Assembly (NCBI GenBank): GCA_963714015.1
Contig: OY970223.1
Location: 384,001 to 448,000, forward strand
Reading direction: 5' to 3'
DNA: 64,000 bases
Source of the DNA: Vulcanimicrobiota bacterium
GTDB lineage: Bacteria > Vulcanimicrobiota > Vulcanimicrobiia > Vulcanimicrobiales > Vulcanimicrobiaceae
A program made the translations under genes and the position numbers. Shown here piece by piece: positions 30,779-41,254 of this stretch. The notes below the pieces were generated by a model. That model saw only the letters and a list, made by a program, of their open reading frames with translations, was not told the origin of the DNA and made no database searches. Every line of letters begins with the position of its first letter. The stretch's first letter is position 1.

Positions 30779-33400
30779 CTAAATGCCGTGGGCGCGGGCG
30801 CACTCGGCGGCATCTTGCCGCGTGCGGCAGTGCAGTTTGCGCAGAATGGATGCAACGTGGGCGTTCACCGTATAGGTGCTGCGGCCGAGATCGCGGGCGA
30901 TTTTCGCGTTCGTCGAGCCGCGCGCAATCTCGCGCAAGATGGTAACTTCCGTTTTGGTCAGCGCGGAAAGCGCCGAGACGGCAGATTCTAATCCGGGCAT
31001 CGGCAGCGCCGTCAAGAGGTTTGCGATGCCGCCCAGACGGGACTCACGTAAGAGCGAAACCGCGGGTTCCATGCTCTCTCCGGCCTCCACGTGAAGGTAT
31101 GCCGCGCGGCTCGCCTTCATTACCGCTCGTTCCACCGAGCCCAAATCGCGGCCAACCTGCTCGACGGGACTAAGGATCGCGTTGGCGCGCGGAAGTTGAT
31201 GCATGATGATGCAGGCCAAGGTACAGTAGGCGTGCGCGAATGCAAATCGCCGGCGCTCGTCGGACCTTCCTCGCAGCCCGCGTTGCGTCAAAGCGAGCGC
31301 ATGCGAAATGGCTTCGTCGGCATCTTCACGCTGTCCGCAGGCCGACGCATAGAGCGCAATCTCCGCCCAGCGAAGCCCGCGCCGTCCATCGCTGATCTGC
31401 GACTGCGCGGTGCCCCACACGCAATCCAATGCGCCGCGGAAACGGCCCAACCACGCGGCGCGCATCGCATCCGCCGACGCCATCGCAGAAGAACTGAGCT
31501 CGCCGTGTCCCGGATGCTCGAGTATTCTGCTGCGCAGTTCGTCCAGATCGTCGCCCTCTCCGAACTCCGTTCGCAGCGCATAAGTACCGGCGAGGGCCGA
31601 TGCGGCAAGAAACACGTCTCCCGCCTTCTCCGCGCACTCGATCATCCTCTCAAGTTCCGCGAGCGCTTTCGCGGTGTCGTATCCGAAGCCGAGCCAGATC
31701 GAATACCGTACGCTGTGGCAGCGCGCCGCCAGCGCGTACAAGTCGTGCAGTTTCGCCAAATCGATGGCCTTTGACGAAAGCGCCATGGCTTGCTGTGATT
31801 CGCCGGCCGCGTAGGCGACGAAACTGGCCTGATGGTACAAGGTCGCTCGAACGGGAGTCGAATCGGAGCGGTTTGCGAGCTGGAGGGCCTGCTCAGCGTA
31901 GTCTTTCGCTTCGGCAAGACGCCCCGTTATGGCGCAGCCCGTGGCGATCGTTCCCATCATGAGCGCATCGCCGTCCGCCACGAGCGCTTTGGCGCTGGTC
32001 GCTCGAATCAGCGCATCGATAACTTTTTCCAGCCGCACCCGGTCGACGGATCGATTTCTGCGAATCAATTCGAGCGCGTACCGGTAGTGAGCGGCGAGCC
32101 GCTCCGAATCGTCCGCGGCCGCTTCGACTGCCCGTTCGAACAACGCATCGCAACGGGCGAAGTCCGCCGATTTGGAAGCCAGCACGGCGCGAAGCAGCAA
32201 CAGGGCGGTAGGTTGCTGTTCGGCGCGATCGCTTTCGGCGTCGAGCGCCGCTTGAACGATGTCGGAGCGTCCGGAATCGAGAAGCGCCATTCCGTTGCGC
32301 ACGAGCAGCTCGCGAATCTCTTGGCGCGCACCCGCGCGAATGTAGAGAACCAGCGCTTCCGAGATCCGGGCTCCGCGCTCCAGCCGTTTTGCCCCCTTCA
32401 CGGAGGAAGCACGAACCGCCGCTTTTCCGCGCAACGATAATCTGCTCTGCAAGAAGTCGGCGAAGAGACCGTCGCAGTGCAGGACCGCGTGGGATTCGAC
32501 GTGCAGAAACGGCACGTAGCGCCGCAAATCGTCGACTAATGCCTGCGCATCTTCCCATTCCTCCAAAAGCAGGTCGAACTCAATTGCCTTGTAGTGGCAG
32601 ATATCGAACAAGAACTGCTGTTGCCGCTCAGTCAGATTTTGGAAGACTTGCTGCGCGAGGTACTCGTAGATCATCTCGCGAGATCCGGCGTTCGATTCAA
32701 CGGCCGAAACACTCGGCGTCATGCGATTCGCGCGAACCGCCAGCACGAAGCCGGCCGGCCATCCACCGGTTAACCGATAAGCTTCCCGCGCGGCCTGTTC
32801 CCCTTCGGCGCCGATCAGGCGGCGCGCGCATTCCTGCGCCTCTTCCTCCGTGAAGCGGAGCATACGCTCGTCGATGACCGAGCGCAGCCGATTGTACGCG
32901 GTCCACGAAGCGATAGGAAAGCGGCTTGCACGCCGCGCGGCAAGTATCCAACGGATATTCGACGGCGCCGCGTCCAGAAGCATCATCAGGAACTTCTCGA
33001 CGTCCGAATCCGCTCCGGTGAAGTGCAGATCGTCGATATGGATATATCCGGAGTAGCCTTGCAGATGCTCTCGAATGCTGGCAACGAGCCATTCCACCGG
33101 CGGTGCGTTGACATTCGCGTGCGCGCTGTCGTACACCATCTGCAGCCCGGGCGCGACCGGGAGCAGAGAATCGATGAATCCCCGCACAAAACCGGCGAGG
33201 CTGACTCCCTCGAACGTGACGCCGTATCGAATCCACGATGCTTGGCTGGCATCGAGGTACTGACGAATCGCGGTTGATTTGCCGAAACCGGCGGGCGCCG
33301 CTACAACGGCGATCGGATAGGCGGTTGCATCCGCGAGGGCATTGAGAATTCGGCGTCGCTCTATGATGTCGCCACCAGTGATTTCTATGCTTCCAATGCC
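30779..33400 (-). CDS. MalT-like STAND ATPase-TPR-LuxR HTH transcriptional regulator (start uncertain)
   Basis: IERRRIL, VVAAPAGFGKST, IDDLH, LRFTEEE, TGGWPAG, IYEYLAQQVF, LTKTE..IL..IARG.TNAKIA..LGRSTYTVNAHVASILRKL. Confidence 0.9.
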   Translation of the reverse strand, partial: GIGSIEITGGDIIERRRILNALADATAYPIAVVAAPAGFGKSTAIRQYLDASQASWIRYGVTFEGVSLAGFVRGFIDSLLPVAPGLQMVYDSAHANVNAPPVEWLVASIREHLQGYSGYIHIDDLHFTGADSDVEKFLMMLLDAAPSNIRWILAARRASRFPIASWTAYNRLRSVIDERMLRFTEEEAQECARRLIGAEGEQAAREAYRLTGGWPAGFVLAVRANRMTPSVSAVESNAGSREMIYEYLAQQVFQNLTERQQQFLFDICHYKAIEFDLLLEEWEDAQALVDDLRRYVPFLHVESHAVLHCDGLFADFLQSRLSLRGKAAVRASSVKGAKRLERGARISEALVLYIRAGARQEIRELLVRNGMALLDSGRSDIVQAALDAESDRAEQQPTALLLLRAVLASKSADFARCDALFERAVEAAADDSERLAAHYRYALELIRRNRSVDRVRLEKVIDALIRATSAKALVADGDALMMGTIATGCAITGRLAEAKDYAEQALQLANRSDSTPVRATLYHQASFVAYAAGESQQAMALSSKAIDLAKLHDLYALAARCHSVRYSIWLGFGYDTAKALAELERMIECAEKAGDVFLAASALAGTYALRTEFGEGDDLDELRSRILEHPGHGELSSSAMASADAMRAAWLGRFRGALDCVWGTAQSQISDGRRGLRWAEIALYASACGQREDADEAISHALALTQRGLRGRSDERRRFAFAHAYCTLACIIMHQLPRANAILSPVEQVGRDLGSVERAVMKASRAAYLHVEAGESMEPAVSLLRESRLGGIANLLTALPMPGLESAVSALSALTKTEVTILREIARGSTNAKIARDLGRSTYTVNAHVASILRKLHCRTRQDAAECARAHGI

Positions 33401-33528
33401 GTTAGGCGGCCCTGATAAGGCCTGCTGCACCACGGTCCTCCAAGCGCGGCGCCGGCTCCCGCCGGCGTCGAAACGCTGTAAATGGCACTTTGCCGTCAAG
33501 CGCATGCGACCCTTCGCCGGCACTGCAT

Positions 33529-33999
33529 CTAATCCAAAGCGAGTTCCATGAAGGTTGGGCAGCGATAATCGACTTCGCCGTACGGCTCGCATTCTCGAAA
33601 TCCCAGCGCTCGATACAGTTGGTATGCCGCCGTCAGCCTCGTCTTGTCGGTGTCCAGGACCAACCGACGAATCTTCGCGTTCCGCGAGAATTCGACTGCA
33701 CGGGACATGAGCTTGCGGGCCAATCCGGCGCCTCGGAACTCGGGACGAACGTAGAGTTTACGGATCACCGCGGTCGATGGATCGAGCCGCACCAGCGCGA
33801 CGCAGCCTGCGGCTTCGTCGTCGACTGTAGCGACCAGCGCCAGATTCTGGGGACCGTAGAACGCCGGCAGATCTTGCAACTCGTTTTCAAAGGTTCGATG
33901 GCGCAAGTCCGGGTCCAAGCTGTCCTCGTACTCCAACGCAAGGTTCCGAAAGTGCTCGAAACTGCGCTCGTCTTGGGCAGCGCACAAAAAATCGTTCAC
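33529..33999 (-). CDS. GNAT family N-acetyltransferase
   Basis: AGCVAL, IRKLYVRPEFRGAGLARKL, LVLDT, AYQLYRALGF. Confidence 0.9.
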   Translation of the reverse strand: MNDFLCAAQDERSFEHFRNLALEYEDSLDPDLRHRTFENELQDLPAFYGPQNLALVATVDDEAAGCVALVRLDPSTAVIRKLYVRPEFRGAGLARKLMSRAVEFSRNAKIRRLVLDTDKTRLTAAYQLYRALGFRECEPYGEVDYRCPTFMELALD

Positions 34000-34058
34000 G
34001 GCAAACAGCCGAGCACACGCCCGCGCGCAACGGCAGGCTCGAGGGGAATCAGAAGGTC

Positions 34059-35027
34059 GTGAAGCTCTATGGCGTGACCCTCGTGGGCACCGGCCAATTG
34101 ACCGGGAAGCACGTTCTGCTCACGCTCGCGCTCATCGCGATCGTCGCGATCGTGCGGTACTCGCTGCATTACCTGGTCCGCGCGGCGCGGCCTATCCAAA
34201 GGCTCGACCGGTTCCGATTTTGGGCGCACCAGGGTATCAATCTCGGCACCACAGCGTTTTTCATCGCAGCGCTTCTCTCCATTTGGATTGGACCGAACTC
34301 CCACCTGGCAACGGTCGGCGGCCTCATTGGAGCCGGCATAGCTTTCGCGCTACAGCAATTTCTGATCGCCATCGCCGGCTATTTCGTCATTTTGCGCGGA
34401 AAACATTACAGCATCGGCGATCGCATCATCATCGGCGGCGTTCGCGGCGAAGTTATCGCCCTGGATTTCATTCAAACGACTGTGCTCGAAATGGGTCAGC
34501 CTCCTTCCGTGGAGTCGCAGACGGATCCGGCGATGTGGGTGATGGCCAGGCAGTACACGGGGCGGATCGTCGTCGTCAGTAACGGTCAAATCTTCACGCA
34601 GCCCGTCTACAACTACTCCCGCGATTTCCCGTTCATTTGGGAAGAGATTCAGGTCGGCGTGGGCTACTCGGACAAATACGAACGCGCGGAGCAGATCCTT
34701 CTGGACGTTGCCCACAAGCATGTGCGGAAGATCGAAGACATGACCGAGGCCAGCCGGCAGCACCTGCACCGCATCTACGATCTGGACGAACCATCGGTGC
34801 GTCCGCGCGTTTACTACCGCATGACCGACAATTGGGTCGAGTTAGCGCTGCGATTCATTGTGCCGGATCGCGGCATTCGAGAGATCAAGGACGCAATGTA
34901 TCGTGACATCCTGCGCGCGTTCAAGGAAGAAGGCATCAGCGTGGCATCCGGAACGTACGACATCGTCGGATTTCCGCCCGTGCGGATCGAAGGCTCCATT
35001 CCTACGGAATGTCCTCCTCCGGCTTAA
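34059..35027 (+). CDS. mechanosensitive ion channel (MscS family)
   Basis: Three TM segments, GAGIAFALQ, YSIGDRIIIGGVRGEVI, TGRIVVVSN..IF..PVYNYS, WVELALRF. Confidence 0.9.
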   Translation: MKLYGVTLVGTGQLTGKHVLLTLALIAIVAIVRYSLHYLVRAARPIQRLDRFRFWAHQGINLGTTAFFIAALLSIWIGPNSHLATVGGLIGAGIAFALQQFLIAIAGYFVILRGKHYSIGDRIIIGGVRGEVIALDFIQTTVLEMGQPPSVESQTDPAMWVMARQYTGRIVVVSNGQIFTQPVYNYSRDFPFIWEEIQVGVGYSDKYERAEQILLDVAHKHVRKIEDMTEASRQHLHRIYDLDEPSVRPRVYYRMTDNWVELALRFIVPDRGIREIKDAMYRDILRAFKEEGISVASGTYDIVGFPPVRIEGSIPTECPPPA

Positions 35028-35041
35028 TTGAGCGCCGGCCG

Positions 35042-35067
35042 GAGCGCGCCCGCGAGCGGGCGCGCTC
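35042..35067. terminator. GC-rich hairpin between convergent genes
   Basis: Perfect inverted repeat GAGCGCGCCCGC-GA-GCGGGCGCGCTC. Confidence 0.6.
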
Positions 35068-35088
35068 TGCGCGTGCTAAGCGTTGTGC

Positions 35089-36045
35089 TTACTTTACGAT
35101 CACGGTGCCCAGCATGTGTTCGCCGCCGTCGTGGAAGAGGCACCCATACGCGTACGTTCCGGGTTTGGTGAACGTCAGGCTGAAACTCTGCCGTCCGAAG
35201 AGCGGTCCGGAGTTTACCACAGCGGAGCCGTCATACGTGTTCCCTCCGGAGGGCGGCGAGAACGGATTCAAGTTGGGCACCGCCTGGCCCGCGACGGGAA
35301 ATGTTATGGTATGCGGAAGATTCGTATCGAGATTTGTCCAGGTTACCGTAGTGCCCGTCGCAACGGTGACCGTGGAGTCGCTCAGCGAGTCGCCGTCCAG
35401 AAACCGCACGATGCTCGCGTTGGTGAGCGGCGGCTGGCCTAGCCCGGCTGAAATACCCGCAGATAAGTGTGGTCCGCCGTTCGCGTACGGAAATTGCGCA
35501 ACCGAATCACTTGCCGTTTTCAAGTCCGCCGCCATGGCACCGGGAAGCTGTTGGAGGATTGCGTCATTCGTCATCGGGTATGGTGTGCCCGCGGGTTGAA
35601 CGACGACTTTGCCAATCATCTCGCCATGGATCAAGCAGTAGTATGTGTACGTCCCCGCTTTCGGAAACTTTAACGTATAATTTTTGCCCCCTAAGAGAAA
35701 GCCGGAATTCGTGTACGTGCTGCCGTCGTAGCTGGAACCACCCGCAGGAATCTGGACGCTTGGATCGTTCGGGGGCGGTGGCGCAGTCTTAGGTCCCAGA
35801 AACGTGACGGTGTGCGGTTCGGCCGCTGGATAACTCCACGTAATCGAATCACCCGCATCGATCGTGATGGACGACGGATAGAAGCTCAGCGCCTGGATCG
35901 CTCCGGTTTGATCTGAACCGCCCGCCTGAACGTTCCAGGTCTGCGGTTCGCTATTTGCGCCGGCCGGTGCTACGGTGCCGCTCGATCCGCAGCCGGCCAG
36001 CGCCAGCGAGAGAGCCGCCGCCAAAAGAAGAGCGCGTTTCGTCAT
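35089..36045 (-). CDS. lipoprotein with two cupredoxin domains
   Basis: Lipobox LAGC; EPHTVTF...YYCLIHGEM and LPHTITF...YGCLFHDGGEHM. Confidence 0.88.
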   Translation of the reverse strand: MTKRALLLAAALSLALAGCGSSGTVAPAGANSEPQTWNVQAGGSDQTGAIQALSFYPSSITIDAGDSITWSYPAAEPHTVTFLGPKTAPPPPNDPSVQIPAGGSSYDGSTYTNSGFLLGGKNYTLKFPKAGTYTYYCLIHGEMIGKVVVQPAGTPYPMTNDAILQQLPGAMAADLKTASDSVAQFPYANGGPHLSAGISAGLGQPPLTNASIVRFLDGDSLSDSTVTVATGTTVTWTNLDTNLPHTITFPVAGQAVPNLNPFSPPSGGNTYDGSAVVNSGPLFGRQSFSLTFTKPGTYAYGCLFHDGGEHMLGTVIVK

Positions 36046-36479
36046 GATGCCACCTCCGGGTCGGGAATGCCGTGCGGGCAATATGCTTCATGCACGGCGT
36101 GAGGTACGTAATAGGCGTGCACGTCGTAATGCGGGACGGGGTATCCCTGATGACCGTGCGGGTTGAATCCGATGTCGACGTGATCGATACGATAACCGGG
36201 AAGCGGGCGCAGGATATCGTGCCATCCCTTCCCTTGTACGAGCGATTTCTGATCGATCATGACTTCGGTGAAGACGATCCGACCGTTGTACACGCCGTAG
36301 ATCGGCCCGAACGGAAGATCGCGCGGATTTGCCCAGTGCTCGCCCATTCGGGCGACGCACGGACTGATCTGTACTGCGCCGGCGGGCATGCCGGCGGGAG
36401 GAGCCGGCGCTGCCGAACTGGAGCCTTGGACGAGCGGGCCGAAGACGGCCAGCAATGAGAGGATGCGAAGCAGTTTCAT
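36042..36479 (-). CDS. secreted His-rich putative metal-binding protein (DUF5602/TTHB210-like)
   Basis: Signal peptide; MGEHW, IDHVDIGFNPHGHQGYPVPHYDVHAY. Confidence 0.65.
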   Translation of the reverse strand: MKLLRILSLLAVFGPLVQGSSSAAPAPPAGMPAGAVQISPCVARMGEHWANPRDLPFGPIYGVYNGRIVFTEVMIDQKSLVQGKGWHDILRPLPGYRIDHVDIGFNPHGHQGYPVPHYDVHAYYVPHAVHEAYCPHGIPDPEVAS

Positions 36480-36514
36480 GACTGTAAATTTAAAGGAATG
36501 CCGCGAGCGGGAGG

Positions 36515-36531
36515 ATGGGGCGAATCCCTAC
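36515..36531 (-). promoter_or_regulatory. operator box 1, GTAGGGATTCGCCCCAT
   Basis: 16/17 identical to the box at 37004; ends 36 nt from ATG 36479. Confidence 0.7.
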
Positions 36532-36968
36532 CCTTTGCCGATCGCCGGGTAGAGTTCGCAGTCGTCCGCTTCGAGCAGGTCCAGCGCAATGGGGTAGCGG
36601 CTGCGCAAATAGTCGGGATAGAGCGACTGGAAGTTCGCGCGATAATCGTCCGTGAGAGTATCATGCCGGAATCCGGACAACAGCGCGTTGGCGCGTTCGT
36701 ATTGCGTCGCGTCGGCATGCGCACGAAGCCAGGCCGCGATCTCTTCCTCGCCTCCTGCCTCGAACACGGCAACGCGCAACTTCGGAAGATCGACGCGTAT
36801 TACGTCCAGGAGCATCTGGCTCATTCCCGGCACGATGTGGTACGGGCCTAAGTGGCCTCCCGGGAGCGTGGCGCAGATTTTGTCGATCGTGCGAGGCATG
36901 AAGAGCAGGTTGTCCAGCCGCTCTCGCGGGCTTCGCGGCGAACGTATACGCAAGTCCAAAGCTATCAT
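36528..36968 (-). CDS. DUF5069-like protein
   Basis: LDL....PRSPRERL..L..MPRTIDK..A.LPGG.LG.Y, LDLLEADD. Confidence 0.75.
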   Translation of the reverse strand: MIALDLRIRSPRSPRERLDNLLFMPRTIDKICATLPGGHLGPYHIVPGMSQMLLDVIRVDLPKLRVAVFEAGGEEEIAAWLRAHADATQYERANALLSGFRHDTLTDDYRANFQSLYPDYLRSRYPIALDLLEADDCELYPAIGKG

Positions 36969-37003
36969 GCCGCTAAGCGTACGGCGTGCCATGCGCCGCG
37001 CGT

Positions 37004-37020
37004 ATGGGGTGAATCCCTAC
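37004..37020 (-). promoter_or_regulatory. operator box 2, GTAGGGATTCACCCCAT
   Basis: Ends 36 nt from ATG 36968; same geometry as box 1. Confidence 0.7.
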
Positions 37021-39586
37021 TTCGGTGCGGTTTGCTGCGCCAGCGCCCGGACCGCCGAAGCGCGGTTGTTGACCTGAAGTTTTTCGTACAGACGCGCGAG
37101 GTGTTTTTCTACCGTCTTTTCGCTTATGAAGAGCTCGGCCGCCATCGCGCGATTGCTGCGCCCTTCTTGCAGGAGATGGGCTATTTGCATTTCACGCTCG
37201 GAGAAGCGTTCCACTTGCGGCACGCAGCCGAGTTCCGATGCGCGGCGCTCGTGATGCACCCAGCCGATCGCGCTATAAAGCTCGCGGGCCCGAGCGGCAG
37301 AGCGATCGCGGGTGTTTGTATCGCGAACCCGGTGGGCGGACAACGCCTTCACCATTGCGGCAGTTGCCGCGAATGCCGGCGCGGGGGAATCTTCGTAAGG
37401 CGCAAGCAGTCCGAGCGCTTTGTCCCGCGCCGCGCTGCTGCCGAATTCCGCCATTGCGCTCAACGTTTCCCATGCGGCGTAGGGACGCTCGAGCCGCTCT
37501 GCCGCGGCATCGAGAATGCGTACCGCCCCGCGCAGATCGCCTTTACCGGCAAGCCGCCGGGCAAACACGCCCGCCAGCGGTCCAAAAAATTCGTTATGTC
37601 CGCCCGAGACGACCGCCTCGACCTCGCGCAGCGACGGGAGACGCGCGGTTTCGGCAAGCATTGCATTCAGAAGCACGTATGCGTGCAGCGCGGGAATCGG
37701 CGCATCGTGCGCCGCGGCAAACTCGGCGTAGCGCGCAAACGCGCCGAGGTCGCCGTGCAGCCATCGATCGTACGCCGCGTGCGAACTGAAGGCGGCTTCG
37801 TAAACGTCCATCTTCAGTGGCCGAAGAAGAGCAAAACATTGCTCGTACAGCGTTATGGCGGACAAGCCCAGGAACATTGCGTGCGCGGCAAGATTACCGA
37901 AATGCGCGATGTACTGCGGGTCGGCGCCGACGATCGCTGCGTTCCTTTGGAGTGCCGCCTGCGCGCCCTTCCAACCGTCGGCGTTTCCCATAGGGGCGTA
38001 AACGGAAGCGGCGATCGCGTAGTAGCTTCCGCCGGCGCGCGTGTGGCTGATGGACTGTTCGTCGATGCGGCTGAGCCACTCCAATCCCAGCTCGGGCGTA
38101 ATATCGGAGGCGTAGAAGGCAGCCTGTAGGCTCAGTTCCGTATGCAGCCCCCGCGGCAGAGCGTCGAGCTCCGCTACGGCATGCTGGATAGTTGCCAGCG
38201 CATCGCGGATGCGATTTTGATTGAAGAGACAGCGCGCGAGGCTTTGATAGAGGCTTGCCGGTTCTTCTACCGCACCGGAGGCGCGGTAGATCGCAATTGC
38301 TTCGGTATAGGCGCGTTCAGCGTCGGCGACCGTCGCGGTTCTAATGAGCGCGTCGCCCTGACGTGCAAGGGCTCGGGCCCGCTCGAGCGAGCCGTTATCT
38401 GCACACGCGGCAGCATCGGCGTAGAACGTGGCGGCATCAGCGTACGCGTGCACCGTGTACGCCATTCCTCCGGCGCGCATGAGGTATGCGTAGGCCTTCT
38501 CGCGATCGTGCGCACCGGCGTAATGATGCGCCAGCTGAGCGAATCCCAGTGCATCGAAGCGGCGGCGGCGCTCGAGTGCGCGAGCAGCGCGTTTGTGAAG
38601 ATCGAGCCGCTGTGCCGAGGTGAGTTGCGCAGAAAGGACCGCGCGGGTCAAGGCATGAGCAAATCGAAAACGCGCGCTTGTGTCTTCTACGACGATTTCC
38701 GCTTTCTGCGCATTCTCCATCAATTTGGCTGCCTTAGCGGAAGAGCACCCGAGTGCGTCGCCGAGCAATTGCAGTTCGAACTCTTCGCCCAGAACGGCCG
38801 CAGCTTGCAAAGCTCCGGCTTCCGCGATGCTTAGCCGCGCGATACGCACTTCGATTGCGCTGCTGAGTGTAAGCGGTATGTCCCCCGTCTGCGCGTTCTT
38901 CGAGAGTTCCGTCGCGAAAAATGGGTTTCCACCCGACAAGGCCGCGATTCGCTCGATACTCGCCGAAGCGCTCGCCGGCGCAGCCACCAACGTTCGCACG
39001 AGCGTCGTGCAGTCCGGCGCCGACAGCGCACGAAGTTGCAGCACCGTCGCGTGCGGGCTGCTGAAGATGTTTCGAAGTGCGTCCGTCACCTCCGACGAGC
39101 GCACCGTCGCGATTACGAGCAGGCGCCGAAGCGCGCCCACTTGCGGGAGCAGCACTTGCAGCAGATCGAGAGAGCCGGCATCGGCCCACTGCAGATCTTC
39201 GAGGACTAAGATCGTCGAACGGCGCTGCGCGCACGCGCGCAATGTGCCGTAACCACCGTTTCGTACATTGCCGCCTTATCCGAAAAAGCCGAATCGCTCG
39301 GCCGTATGGCCTTAGCGGCTTCCGGAGCTACGCTTTGAAGCGCGGAGATCCACGGCGCAAAGGGCGAACGGACATGTTCGAAACCGTGACCGACGCCGAT
39401 TGCGGAGCGCCCGCGCGGAACGTCGCGCAGAAACTCTTTCACCAGGCGCGACTTCCCGATGCCCGGCTCGCCGGTAAGCAGGATTACACGGCCATAGCGA
39501 TGGGAATCCCGCCGCATCTGCGCAAGACTCGCGAGCTCATCTGCGCGTCCGACGAACGGACCCCGCACGTCCCGATCAATCGCCAC
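37017..39586 (-). CDS. AAA ATPase-TPR-LuxR HTH regulator, frameshift near 39240
   Basis: FVGRADEL, LTGEPGIGKSRL, LVLEDLQWAD, SGGNPFFATEL, FRFAHAL, SEREMQIA.LL.EG.SNRAMAAELFISEKTVEKHL. Confidence 0.9.
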
Positions 39587-40223
39587 GCAGTTTTATGTTC
39601 GCGGCCTTGCTAATGCGCTCCGCTCGCTTGCGAAACGACCCGATCGATCATCGCGTCGATAACCGGCTTGGCAGGCAGTGAAGGCTGCGCGCTTATGCTA
39701 GTGCGTATAGCGAGCAGCGTGTAGGTGCACGGTTTTTCCGAAAGTGCTGAGCGAGTTAAGGAGAGTTCCTCGGCCAGCGCGACGATGATGTCGCAGGACT
39801 CCCACGTAGCAGCGTTTGTACCGACCGCGTATTGGCTATGTCGCTGACGAGTTGGGCGCCGTGGCGCGCACCCGAACGACAGTGTAGTCGACGCTTTAGA
39901 TCAATTATCGTTTTGGCGACTCCGCTTGAGCACTTTTCCACTAGGAACCCGCATCGAACCGTACGAGCACGTCCTGATCAGCGATGGGTGCGCGACGACA
40001 GCGCCGCAACAAAAACAAGGTACCCAACCCGTCCGCACTGCGGCTAATGCACGCTCATACTTTCTGCCTATGTTTTCGACGAATTTGGCGTATGACTGCG
40101 ATTTTATTCGTTCTATTGCGGCTAGTCGGTAAATGGATGACGCTCGGACTCGGTAAGCTGATCACTGCGCGAGATCGGACGAGCGGCCGCTCAAGCCTCT
40201 ATACTGCACATTGTCATCGAGGC

Positions 40224-40481
40224 CTATCCGACGATACGGTGATCTGTCAAGAGGGCAAAGAGATACGACGGCGCCTGACGATTCTGGAGCGGCACGGTAC
40301 TCTTCAACGGCAGCAACGGAACGGCTTTAGCGACGTCGCTCTTCGGTATTTGCCGGTTCGTGGTATGGAGTACGATCGAGTTCCCACGAATGCTGTACGT
40401 GAACGGCTTGCCGCGGACCTGAAGGAATACTTGACCCTCGCAGGCGACGATCTTGTTCCAAACATTGTCGATGTTATGCAT
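40224..40481 (-). CDS. small hypothetical protein
   Basis: 85-aa ORF (VWNKIVACEGQVF.QVRGKPFTY...PSYLFALLTDHRI), co-oriented with the NucS-like gene. Confidence 0.55.
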   Translation of the reverse strand: MHNIDNVWNKIVACEGQVFLQVRGKPFTYSIRGNSIVLHTTNRQIPKSDVAKAVPLLPLKSTVPLQNRQAPSYLFALLTDHRIVG

Positions 40482-40537
40482 TGATGCGTTCAACCTTTAC
40501 CGATAAGTTGTACTCAAACAGTTCAATGTCGGGAAAC

Positions 40538-41254
40538 TTACGACACGCCAGTATCAGATACCGCGGATATCGTGCGCGCAATAATTATCCCGCGAATGCG
40601 TTTGCCTTCGTCAACATATCCGTTCTCCTCCAGCCACGCCATATATCGAGCGATCTGACCAACCACGCGATCGTAGCCGCGCGACACCTTGAGTTCGATA
40701 ACGACCATATTATCGTGCGCATCGGTAGCGAGGATATCGACATATCGCCCACCAACGGGAAATTCCACACCAGAGGCGCCGTCACGCTCATACAGCGTCA
40801 AACCGTCCTCAATTTGGAAGAGATTAGCGGCCAGGTAGTTTTTGAGATCCGCCTCGTAAGCAAATTCGCCCGCGTCATATAAACCCGCTTGCCCGTCTTC
40901 CGCTACGTTGTCCGCTTCGTCATGGACGTCAAGGGACTCGGCGGCGGTTGCGCCGTCGGTTCCAATATAGATCGGCGGGGGATCGTTGTCAGGATCATAT
41001 AGCCTTAGCGTATTCCGACCCACTTGAAAGAAAATATCGTTGCGCTTTGTCGCGTTGTAATAAACGCGCGTCCGATTGTTCGTCGAAGCGGCTATGGTTT
41101 GCGCCTGAACCGTGCTCGGTTTTACCTTCGGATACTTCTGTCGAAACCACGCGGCCAGGTCGTTTTTAGAGAAGACTTGTCCGTACCCAATAGAGCGATC
41201 GCCGATGAACTCGCGAAAGAGGCTCTCTAACCGGACGGTCGTATATGGGCACAT
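40538..41254 (-). CDS. endonuclease NucS (DUF91)-domain protein, both ends probably frameshifted
   Basis: YEADLKNYLAANL..IEDGL, EFPVGGRYVDILATD, VVIELKVSRGYDRVVGQIARYM.W (PD-(D/E)XK). Confidence 0.8.
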   Translation of the reverse strand: MCPYTTVRLESLFREFIGDRSIGYGQVFSKNDLAAWFRQKYPKVKPSTVQAQTIAASTNNRTRVYYNATKRNDIFFQVGRNTLRLYDPDNDPPPIYIGTDGATAAESLDVHDEADNVAEDGQAGLYDAGEFAYEADLKNYLAANLFQIEDGLTLYERDGASGVEFPVGGRYVDILATDAHDNMVVIELKVSRGYDRVVGQIARYMAWLEENGYVDEGKRIRGIIIARTISAVSDTGVS

